Assembly: GCF_026210795.1 (NCBI RefSeq)
Contig: NC_089429.1
Location: 3,658,001 to 3,722,000 of the forward strand
Reading direction: 5' to 3'
DNA length: 64,000 nucleotides
Source: Rhizophagus irregularis
Lineage: Eukaryota
The position numbers were made by a program, and so were the translations under genes. This document shows, one piece after another, positions 1 to 11,287 of this stretch; within the stretch, counting starts at the first letter, position 1; each line of letters starts with the position of its first letter. The notes under the pieces were generated by a model, which had not been told where the DNA came from, ran no database searches, and was given only the letters and a program-made list of their open reading frames with translations.

Positions 1-189
1 TAAAATTGTAGATAAGTTTTTTTGTTTAGTTTTCTTTTTCTTTTTTTTCTTAATTAAAAACATCACTAATGTTCTCTCTCTTTTATTTATTGGATTTTGG
101 GATGGGACTACTCTTTAATGTTATTTTTAATTTTCATATTCTTTATCTTTGATCATAATTCTTAATCTTTGTGTAATTGTGTTTTTTAT

Positions 190-740
190 TATTTTGTGTT
201 TTTGATTTTCGCATTCTATAATTTTGGGATGTAATTACTCTTTGATACTATCTTTGATCTTTCTATTCCTTAATTTTGTATTCTTAGTTTTCACGTTCTA
301 TAACTTTGGAATGTAATTACCCTTTGATACTGCCCTTGATCTTTAACTTTGTGTTCTTGATTTTCGTGTTTTATAACTTTAAGATGTAATTACCTTTGGT
401 ACTGCCCTTAATCTTTCTATTTCTTGACTTTGTATTCTATGATTTTCACATTCTTTAACTTTAGGATGTAATTACCCTTTAATACTGTCCTTAATCTTTC
501 TATTCCTTAACTCTGTATTTTGATTTTTGCATTCTATAACTTTGGGATGTAACTACTCTTTGATACTGCCTTTGATCTTTCTATTCCTTAATTTTGTATT
601 CTTGATTTTTATGTTTTTTAATTTTGGGATGTAATTACCCTTCAATATTGCCCTTGATCTGTATTTTTATTTTTGAGATATTGATTCCCTTTGACATTTT
701 TCTTGACCTCTGTGTTCTTTATTTTTTAAGATGTAACTAT
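190..740. repeat. Degenerate tandem repeat, ~80-bp unit, about 6-7 copies
   Basis: Recurring TTTGGGATGTAATTACYCTTTGATACTGCCCTTGATCTTTCTATTCCTTAA motif at ~80-bp spacing. Confidence 0.75.
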
Positions 741-1150
741 ATTCAGAAATAAAAAAGCAAGAAAAGGAATATTAATAACTTCTCTAAATCATGAAAAAAT
801 ATAACCTCCAAAAATACTCACGTTTTTGTAATTTAAAACTGAAGTCATTAATCCAGAAATGTTTCTAAACAAAAGAAAGGAACATTAGTAGCATTCTCAG
901 AACACAAAATAAACTACGAAGAAAAGAAAATACTTACAATGCTGAAATCCAAAGCTGAAATCCCTAAAAAAAAAAAGAAAAAAAATCACTAGTAATGTTT
1001 CCAGAACACAAAAAAAAGGCAAAAGATAAAATACTTACAATGCTAACTGAAAGTCTAAAGTTAAAATCTTTAAAAAAAGAAAAAAAAAGAAAAAAAAAGT
1101 AACAATAGTATTCCTATAACAAATAACACAAAAAATAAAAATAAAAAAAT
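740..1150 (-). repeat. Short micro-exon/intron-like array (3-4 units)
   Basis: Minus-strand GTGAGTA/GTAAGTA donors (tactcac ~815, tacttac ~931 and ~1032), CTAAT/CTAGT branch-like motifs, poly(T)-TAG acceptors. Confidence 0.5.
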
Positions 1151-1449
1151 CACATCATATTTTGCATTGCAGAATCATGACATAAAATTCAACCAATAAA
1201 ATTCAGTAGCCATATGATCCATACGACATGTTGCAGGTGGTTAAAAAACAAAATCCTTTATTGAATTATTTCCAAATAAATTATATTTTTTAAGAATAAA
1301 TTTATTTATTTTCAATATATTTATAATATAAAACAACTAGATTTAACTAGAAGGAAATTATCTGGTAGACAGAATCATATAATTCCTTATTACCAGTAAG
1401 TGGAATATTACTCTTTAATATAGCATAATATCCCACTTGTACTAAGTTA

Positions 1450-2971
1450 TACTATCATGCTATAATCTGCATTCCAAAACTTACTAATCAAATTTGATGT
1501 GAAGTCTTTAGTTTTCATAAGCTTGATATAATTGCATTGTATTTTATTTTTTGCTATGGATAATCTATCAGATAATTGGCATCTCTTATGTTTTAAATAA
1601 CTTATATGATCATAAAGTTGATCTTGCAAAATATAATAAGATTTATACCCTTCATCAATAGAATACCATATTTCCAAGTTTACAGTGCAACAAATTTCTT
1701 TATCAGGTATGTGAAGGACTTCTTTTCCTTAAAAATATTATCATTTCTAACTGCTTTTCAAATTTGTTTTACTAATGAAACAGACCTCTTCCTGTAATTT
1801 CTATAAGCTCTTTGAATAAGTTAAGCATTTCCATCTTCAGTTTTAGCTTTAGAGCATTTATTATCTTAATAAAGTTTTATCAAATCTTTGAGTTTAACTT
1901 CATAGCTATATCTGCACCATCCATTGAAATATGTCTTTTTTGGTTTTACATCAGTAACCTTTAAATAGCCATTTCACTTTTGTAAACCCTAGACCTGTGA
2001 TAACTAATGGGAATTTCTCTTCCTATATAGTTATCATAGTATGTTTTGGTTACTTCTTGCCCAAATGATCCAAAAAGGCAGAATACATAATAATAAATAA
2101 CTTCTGTATTTTTCAGTAATCAGTTGCATGATTAGCCCATTATTCTGGAGTTTTATACAATCTAATAATAGATAAATTATCATATATTCTTTCCATCTTA
2201 ACTATCTTTTCAAATTGTATGGGATGGCTATAATATAATATCCTCTAATATATTCTATATCATAACCAAGGTGAAGATTAATAGGTTTAGGCAGTAGGCA
2301 TAGATTTATTAAAAATCTTGTCTAAAATAATATCAATACATTTATTAGGCCTTGGTCTATTAATAACATTTCTGACATAATTATCAATTTGTAACAAGCA
2401 TATTAGAGTTAAGTAAAGGTAAAAATGCGATTTAAAGCAGATTTATATGGTACCTAATGCATTATATATAGCGTTAATATTTTTTTTTATAGTCAAGCTA
2501 AGGTTACCTGTCTAAACCTCTCCAAAATTCTACGATTAGTTTCTCCAAAATTTTACTATAGTTTTATTATAATTTCGGCAAGGTTTTAGCAGTTTCGGCA
2601 TTTATAATAAGTTTTGTCCGGTTTTGCTTTTCTCCAGAGTTTTGCCAACTTTTTAATAAGACTTTTATATAGTTTTGGCAAAGTTTCGCTATTTCAGCAT
2701 TTTGTTAACTTGCCAAAACCCCTAGTTTCTCCAGCAACCTTAAGTCAAGCCTAAGATCTTTGCCTAATGGAATGCATAATTCTTCAGTTAATATTAGATC
2801 CTTGTATAACTGTTTGTATGTTTCTATATTGTTTTTTTTTTTTGGTGTGAAATGTGTTTCTCGAATAAATTCAGTTTTAAAATATTTTGCTTTTATTAAA
2901 GTACTCAAATTTAAGTGAAATATCCAATTATATGGGTTATTCATCTTTTTTGGATCAGGTATTAGCTTCAT
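1450..2971 (-). pseudogene. Degraded gene with an IQ-like motif (..LIQRAYRNYRKR..), interrupted by a hAT MITE
   Basis: ORF fragments with stops and frameshifts; minus-strand translation of ~1745-1826 gives A*LIQRAYRNYRKRSVSLVKQI*KAVRND. Confidence 0.4.
2499..2742. mobile_element. hAT-type MITE
   Basis: TIR TAAGGTT/AACCTTA; perfect 8-bp TSD AGTCAAGC (2491-2498, 2743-2750). Confidence 0.8.
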
Positions 2972-3947
2972 TTTTTTAATAACTTCTTGTTAAAAGTATA
3001 GAAATAAAAGGCAAATAAATATAAATTAAAACAATAACAGGGTGCCAGCAGTATCTTACTTTGAAGAAATATAAGGCCTTTAATACTCCACAAAGACATT
3101 TTATATTTATAAGTTACGCTAAAAAACTAAAAGTTAGTCCCTCTAATCTGAAATACAGTCTGACGTCAAGTAGATCTATTCTTATTATCTGGCCATCTAA
3201 GCCTTATGTAATAAACAAAATGTTAATTATATAATTATTTGTTAACTAGTTCAATATACTATCTTACCAGCAAACTGTATGTCCAATACTTTTGAGTCCT
3301 GAACTTCTTCATTTGACAAATCTTCTTTTAACAAGTTATCAAGAACACCTTTCAATCATCAGGAAGTCATGGGAAAAATGTTCATCAAATGTACATCAGT
3401 CACTTGATGTACATCATAAAGAAGCGCTGAACATCAGACCTTGTAATGTACAATTGATATCACAACATTTGATATACATCACCTAATTTTAATGTCCATT
3501 AACGATGTACATTATTTTAAAGATAATAAACATCATATCAAATTTATATAAATTATGTTAATATGACAATGCTAAATGTTATTGAATAATAAATTATTTA
3601 TTAAATTACATTATAATAATCTATACTAAAGTCTACTAAATCTATACTAATCTAATTAACCCAAAAATATTAGCTAAATGTTTCTATTAAAAATAAACAT
3701 TTTATTTGAAAATCTCCTCAAATTCATCCAATAGCATTTGTGATTTATGCTTATTCACAAACGTCAATGACAATACGCACGACATATTTTTGATTCTCCA
3801 TCAACTGGTTCCACAAGAGCTAGTAGATTCAATCCTAACCTAACAAACATTCAGCCACACGACAGATTATCTTTGACTTCTTTACGTCATAACAATACGA
3901 CAGTTTCACATTTGTACTTGTCGTCACATGCTCCTGTGCCTTCTCTG

Positions 3948-5261
3948 TAGTGCTCTGAAAAAAATCCGATCTGATCTGGATCCGCAGATTTGATCTGAGT
4001 CAGATCTGGTTCGGTTTTCAAAATTCTGATCTGATCAATTTTAGATCAGATCAGATCATAACACAAGAAAATCTGATCTGATCTGAACAGATTCAGATCA
4101 GATTTTTTTTAAATAAAAAAAAAATTTTTTTTTTAAAAAACTTTTCCTGGATAAACGGACGAAGCCGGACGACCAAGATTTAAAAGAACGAACTAGGTAA
4201 GTTCATTTTTTTTTTGTTTTTTTTACTTGAGGGAACGTAATTAACGATTCCCTTCTTTTTTAGTAGGAAGCCTGGACAAACGAAGCCTAACGACACGACC
4301 AGGATTTAAAAAAAATGAATGAACTATGGTAAGTTCGTTCCTTTTTTTTATTTTTATTTTTTTATTTTTTATTTAAGGAAACGTAATTAACGTTCCCTTT
4401 CTTTTTTTAGGAAATCTGGACGTGAAACAAAGAAATGACCAGGATTTAAGAGAATGAACTATGGTAAGTTCATTTCTTTTATTTTATTTTATTTTTTTTA
4501 CTTAAGGAAACGTAATTAACGTTCCCTTTCTTTTTTTTTAGGAAACCTGGACATGAGACGAAGGAACGACCAGGATTTAAGAGAACGAACTATGGTAAGT
4601 TCGTTTCTTTTATTTTATTTTATTTTTTTTTACTTAAGGGAACGTAATTAACGTTTCCTTTCTTTTTTTTTAGGAAACCTGAACGTGAGACGAAGGAACA
4701 ACCAGGATTTAAGAGAATGAACTATGGTAAGTTCGTTTCTTTTATTTTATTTTATTTTTTTACTTAAGGGAACGTAATTAACGTTCCCTTTCTTTTTTTA
4801 GGAAACCTGGACGTGAGACAAAGCTGAACGACCAGGATTTAAAAAAAGAACAAACTATGGTAAGTTCGTTTCTTTTTTTATTTTTTTTATTTTTACTTAA
4901 GGGAACGTACTAATTAATGTTTCCTTTCTTTTTTTTAGAAAACCTGGACATGAGACGAAGCTAAACGACCAGGATTCAAAAAAAAAAATGAACTATGATA
5001 AGTTCGTTTCTTTTTTTTGTTTTTTTTCTTATTTTTACTTAAGGAACGTAATTAACGTTCCCTTCCTTTTTTTAGGATAAAACCAGATCCAAACCAGATT
5101 CAGATCAGATTCAAATCAGATTCAAATAGATCTAAACCAGATTCGGATCAAATTGAACCAGATCTGATCAGATTCGAATCAGATCAGATCTATTAAAATA
5201 AAAATCAGATCAGATCAGATTTAAGCTGAATCCAGTCTGAACAGATCTGTTATGAGCACTA
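3948..5261 (+). mobile_element. hAT-type non-autonomous element with an internal array of 7 exon/intron-like units
   Basis: TIR TAGTGCTC/GAGCACTA; perfect 8-bp TSD CTTCTCTG; subterminal GATCA/GATCT repeats; ~133-bp internal units. Confidence 0.9.
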
Positions 5262-5349
5262 CTTCTCTGTCCATACTAGAGTCACCATTACCGGCACGTG
5301 GTCTGAACGTTTCACCAATCCCATTATGGATAGTCCTTATAACGTCGTC

Positions 5350-7010
5350 TACAACTTACAATAAAAAGATAAAATAAAAAAAAATTAATTTAATAAAAAA
5401 AAGTTTCAAAGAGAAACTTCAAAACTTACCTGAGAAGCCGACCTAAAACTCGAAGATGATTCCTACAAAATAGACAAAAGAACTAGAAATGGTTAGTTTT
5501 TTCAAAACAAAACAGAAAAAATTTAAAGAAAAAAGTTTTGAAAGTAAACTAAACTTTCGAAACTTACTAATCATATCGTCTAAGATCTAGAAGCTCAATC
5601 TACCGGTACCTGCAAAAAAAAAGAAAAAAAAAATTAATAAATTAAAAAGTTCAAAAGTAAACTTTACTTTCGAAACTTACAAATCCTATCGTCTAAGATC
5701 CGGGAACTCAATCTACCAGTACCTGCAAAAAAAAATCAAAAAAAAATAAATAAATTTTAAAAAAGTTCCAAAGCAAAGATTTGCTTCAAAACTTAACAAT
5801 TCATTCTAAGACGCTAATCTACAGCAAGGTACCGTTCTATAAAAAAGAAACCACCGAAGTCAGCCATTTAACGTCAAAAAATCCAACTGAAGAAGTTCAA
5901 GAAGCCATCATGTAAAGATATTTTTAGTTTATTGGTTTCATCTAATGAGTTAGATATCAAAGAAGGTATCAAAAAATCATATTATTTAATCGAAAAATAA
6001 ACAAACCGATACCTACAAAAAAAATAATATAAAATTTAAAAAAAAATAAATTAGAAAAAAAAAGTTATGTTTTGAATTTCAAATCGAAACTTACCATATA
6101 TTCAAGTTCCAAAGCCGAAAGAATCATACCTACAAAAAAAAACAAGAAAATTAAAAAAAAATAAATTAAAAAAAAATAAATTAAAAAAACATAAGTTTCG
6201 AATCGAAACTTACCAGATTCAAGTCCCAAAGCCGAAGAAACCAGAACTCTACAAAAAAATACGAAAAGAAACGTTAGATTATTTCTTAAATTAAAAATAA
6301 CAAAATCCCAACCCTTTCCCATTACTACCTTAAAGTTCAGTTCCGTATTCAAGCCAGCGTCTTACTAGTAGGAGTTCTACAAAAAAAAAAAAGTTCATTT
6401 CTTTAATTAAAAATAACTGAACAAACCCCCTTCCCCATTTCTCACTATCTTAAAGTCCAGTTTCATCATATTCAAACTAGCGTCCTCCTAGTACGCGTCC
6501 TACAAAAAAAATAAAATAAGAAACGTTAAGTAGTTTCTTTAATTAAAAATAACAAACTTCCCCTTCCCCATTTCTCACTACCTTAAAGTCCAGTTTCGTC
6601 GTATTCAAGCCAGCGTCCTCCTAGTAGAAGTTTTACAAAAAAAAAAAAATAATGAAAAGAAACGTTAATTCTTTTCTTTAATTAAAAATAACAAACCCCC
6701 CCTTTCCCCATTTCTCACCACCTTAAAGTCCAGTTTCGTCATATTCAAGCCGGCGTCCTCCTAGTAGACGTTCTACAAAAAAAAAAATAACGAAAAGAAA
6801 CATTAGTTCATTTCTTTAATTAAAAATAACAAACCCCCTTCCCCATTTCTCACTATCTTAAAGTCCGGTTTTGTCATATTTAAGCTGGCGTTTTCCTAGT
6901 ACGCGTTTTACAAAAAAAATAAAATAAGAAACGTTAAGTAGTTTCTTAAATTAAAAAAAAAAATTAAAAAAAAAATTATGTAAGTTTCGAAACGAAACTT
7001 ACATTACTTT
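5350..7010 (-). repeat. Micro-exon/intron array (about a dozen or more units) including a ~125-bp tandem repeat at 6240-6960
   Basis: Repeated minus-strand GTAAGT or GTAGTG donors, CTAAC/TTAAC branch motifs, T-rich tract + TAG/CAG acceptors. Confidence 0.7.
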
Positions 7011-7702
7011 CAAGAAAAAGAGGCGGAAGAAAAGTGTGAGAAAAAAGGTGTGAGAAAAAAGGTGTGAGAAAAAGGGGAGAATGAAAGGGGAAGGGAAGGA
7101 CGATAGAGGAAGAAGTAAAGAAGGAAAAAGGAAGGGAAAGGAAAAAGTTTAAAAAAGATGATCCTTTTTTAAACTTTTGATACACGTAATGTGTGACGAC
7201 GTGATGTGTAATTAGTGCATTATTCGACCAACATCTAATCGTAGATCATGGTCAAATTTTTTAATTTTAAGTACTAGTCGAATATAGGCCGAATTTTACT
7301 AAGGCCGAATATTCCTTTTTCAACTAGTAGTAAGAGAAGGGAAATGTGAGGAAGAGAAAGGGTGGGAAAGAGGAAAATAAAAGGATAAAGAAGAGGAAGT
7401 TTCATTTATCATGTTGCTAAGATTATTTCACGTGACATGATAATAAATAGGAGCTGATATCATAAAAATTTATTTTTGAAAACATCATATTTGATAAACT
7501 TAATAAACATTGAATTTTCATTATTAAATGATGCACATCATGATAAAAATCTCATTGGTGATGTTTATTAATATTAAATATTACATATACATTTAAAATA
7601 ATAAAAATTACGATGTAAATGATTTGCAAAAATATACATTTGATGAATATTTTTCCCATGACTTCCTGATGATGTTCATAAACATTTTGAACGATCTTGC
7701 AC

Positions 7703-7879
7703 TATACATGCTGCCCAAATTATTTTGGGATGCCATAATTATAATTTGGGATGCCATAATTCATTCAGTTTATATATAATTTACTATGTAAAGTGCCAAA
7801 ATAATTTGGGATGCCATAATTGAATTTGGGATTTTACTTATAATTACGGCAGTCCAAAATAATTTGGGTGGCATGTATA
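7703..7879. mobile_element. 177-bp hAT-type MITE, copy 1
   Basis: TIR TATACATGC..CCAAATTATTTTGG; 8-bp TSD TCTTGCAC; near-identical copy at 36930-37106. Confidence 0.9.
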
Positions 7880-10533
7880 TCTTGCACAGCCTTTCCAGGA
7901 ATAGAAGTTTTGGTGCATTCAGAATGACTTAGTTTAAGATTTTTGGCCTTATGAACAATTCTCAAATCGATTTTTTGGTAACAATCAGACATGAAATTAG
8001 ATAATGTTTCTCCTTATATACAAGTATTCAATCAAATGTCATTGTTTGTACAAATATTGATAACAATAATGATAAACTTACCAGTGAAGTTTTAGATAAT
8101 CAAAGGTGTTACTGAATACATTATTTATTATTGGTATAGTCATAATCATTGCGTATTCAATCTCGTTGAATTCTTGATATCTGCCTTTTTTGTTTACAAA
8201 TATGAACAGATTTTTTAAAAATTCATTGATTCTAAGTTCTAACAATAAATTTAATAAATTTAACAGTAGATAATCACAATTATAAATTGTAAAAAAAATT
8301 TATAACTTACATGTAGAAATATACTGTGACTATTTGCTATACTATTTGAGAATGATCGCCAGTTCTGATCTTAAATAAATAGTCGCAAACTTCATAATAT
8401 TTGTACCTATCGTATATCTGAGAATGGTCAAAATAGATATAAATAAATAATGAAGTAACATGTATGTATACGCAGAAGACAATAATCTCTTCGACAGTAT
8501 CAATAACATTTGTTATCTCTCTTTCAAAAACGTTCAGCTCCATATTAATAATTCCATAGACCTTCCTTTTAATATCTGTCTATTCCTGCTCAAATTATGT
8601 ATACATTCCATCTTCAAACTCTGAAGACAAATTGATAATTGATGAAAGCCCTAATTTGTATTTACTATGTTAGAATTTTTTATATTAATAACCTATTTCA
8701 GAAAAGTAAAAGAATATACTGAATAACACTTTTCATAAATTGCATTCATTCTTTCTTCTCTTTTTTTGAAGCTAATTTTATTAATTTAGCGGTCTTAATG
8801 TTAACAATATCAATGATTAGACAACCATCTCTTAATTTCTATTCAGATTCTTTATTTTGGTTTAAATAATCATTGAATAAAACCATTTTTATATCATCAA
8901 AGAATCTGTCATCATTTTCATCCAATTTATGCTTTTCATCAGTTTTACTATCTGAGCGAATAGTGGTAGAGTATTATGTAATTTACCTTCAGTGCAGGTG
9001 GCTTCAATAGGTAGGTCTTGTAATTTGTCTTCGATTTTACACTGTTTTGTAACTACATCATTATTCTTAAGTAATGTAGATCATTTGTAATAAATCGCAA
9101 ATAACAGTTATAGCTGAAAAATACACATTTATACCTTTTCACAATTCAAACCTTTTTTTGAAGAAGTTTTGGCGTTAATAATATTGTCTATATTCCTGAT
9201 TGGAAAAACTCCTTTAGATAGAGTTTCTTCAGCTGGTCGTTCATTCTTTGAAATTCACATGTAATGTAGTAAATAAAGATATTTAATAAGCAACTATAGA
9301 AGAATAAGTGTAAAAGTAAGTGGCACAAAAAAGAACATATGTAAATATACCAGTATATTATTAAAAACAAAACCTCCATCAGTTTTCAGTGTACTATCAA
9401 CTTCGTTTAAAGCAGTTTTAATCAACCTCTCAGTACCATGTATTACTGTTCGAGCCGTATTTATCTAATCATATTTAGTTAATACAAGTTTAAATTGGAA
9501 TAGGAACTCAAGAAATGGGAATGTAATAAACCTTATCTAATTGTAGACTCAAATTGATGACAGATGATTCTATATTATTCCAAAACATCTTAATATCAAG
9601 GTATTTTTCATGATGATTCTTATATAGTTGAAGAAGTAATTATAATAATTAGAGCAATAATAAAAAATAAAACAAAAGCTGAAGGTAAGCAATAGACACA
9701 TAATGAAAAATGCAGACTATAAAGTGAATAAAGTGCAGATGTCTACCGTAGTTGTATATATAAGAGAAATTCTGTGATACATAACGAAAATGCAGACCTT
9801 TAAAGAACCAAAGTGCCAATATTTCTTCTAGTCGCATAATCACGTTCAAAACCCTCAGCACAAAAAAATATAACCTTATAATCCTATATCAATTTGTTTA
9901 CAGAAACTTTGACTGCTTCTGAATCTTCTCTCGTTAGTTCTTTAAGATCGCACTTAAGTTTACGAGACTTATTTTGGTATGAAAAAGTAAAGTCAGATTG
10001 CTGATATCAATATTTATAGAAGCTAAGAAAGGTGTAATTTTCTGGTAGCATTTTACAAAAGTAATAAGTGTATTTTTTTGACATTGATGAAAGAAGTCAT
10101 GTCAGAAATGACTCGTGCTGATTGATTAATATACTAGTTAATCAGTTACACAAGGCACAGTAATCTCCAATACCATCTGCAGTAAATATAACATTTGCAA
10201 CTGGTTTGTAAGGTTTACCAAATCACAACTGATTTATAATGCATAATCATTAAATTTTGTTTAGGTTTGTTAAATTGCAATGCTTGAGATAAGCTTTTTG
10301 GTCATACTATAGTCACGTATTTTTAAACATTTTTTTTCTTATTTTAAGACAAATTTCACCTGATCAATTTAACAGGGCGGACATTTCTATTTTATCACAT
10401 ATTTGCTAATCATTTTGCCGATTATTTGTTAATCATTTATTTAATCTTATCACATGAAAAATACCATTATCAGTTATTTTTTTTACAAAATTTACATAAT
10501 AATGTATGAAAAAATGTATTTGTAACATCCTGT

Positions 10534-11287
10534 TAGAGGTTGGAACCGATTAACGTTAATCGATTAATTAATCGGTTAAGGCGGTTAATCGGTTAGAAGT
10601 ATCAAAAAATCGGTTAATCGACTAAATTAACCGACTAAATTAACCGATTAATTAACCGATTAATTTAGTCGGTTAAAATACTATGCAGATCATTTTCTCA
10701 AATTAGATGATTTTTTATCCCGAAATTCAGATAAGAAGTTTTTTTAATATACAGTATTGACAAACTTGTCAAAAAAATAAACCCATTTAAACTTTTTATA
10801 AATATATCGATTATAGGCCTATTGAAAATGAATCTCTATCTGGTCATTTATTATATATTTTTTTGTAACATATTTAAATGCTTTTATAAGTATTTATTTT
10901 TATTTAAAGTTATTTATGGCGCAGCTAAATGTCATGTGATATATATTACGCAAAATATTGGCGGAATAAAAATATCAACAACATTCCTAAAAACTTGCAA
11001 TTCAATTCCACTATTATTAATATTGTTAATTTCCCATTTAATTAAACCTTGAATTAAAGTCAGTTCTCATTTCCCATTAAAATTTGATATAACTTTTTGA
11101 AATAATACATGTATATTATTCATATAGGGATGCAAAATTTATATATTAACCGATTAATTAATCGGTTAACCTCATCACAAATTAACCGATTAATTAACCG
11201 ATTAATTAACCGATTATTATTCAGTTATGGTAACTGATTAATCGATTATTAATCGGTTAAGGTTTTTTTGGTCGGTTCCAACCTCTA
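10534..11287. mobile_element. hAT-type MITE inserted in the left MULE TIR
   Basis: TIR TAGAGGTTGGAACCGA; 8-bp TSD CATCCTGT; many subterminal TTAACCGATTAA repeats. Confidence 0.92.

Larger units (their letters stand above)
3357..7671. mobile_element. 4.3-kb non-autonomous TIR element with CATC...GATG ends and 2-bp TSD (CACTA/CMC-like), carrying a micro-exon/intron array
   Basis: ~40-bp TIR CATCAGGAAGTCATGGGAAAAATRTTCATCAAATGTA; TSD AT (3355-56, 7672-73); excision leaving one AT restores the host reading frame. Confidence 0.85.
3060..10084 (-). pseudogene. Multi-exon pseudogene, C-terminus resembling PD-(D/E)XK nuclease-like fungal proteins; split by two transposon insertions
   Basis: Removing 3357-7671 and 7703-7879 restores KAVQDRSKCL*TLKGVLDNLLKEDLSNEEVQDSKVLDIQFAG, then an intron, then LDGQIIRIDLLDVRLYFRLEGLTF. 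Putative ATG at 10084; many stops. Family call is from motif recall only. Confidence 0.55.

Noticed and set aside
4140..5075. CRISPR-like regularly spaced repeats with palindromes
   Set aside because: Whole units are repeated (no unique spacers), there are no cas genes, and the context is eukaryotic
6065..7185. Phe/Leu-rich ORFs (also 22312, 22943, 23605, 57067)
   Set aside because: Poly(T) intron tracts and AT-rich noise; no recognisable protein features
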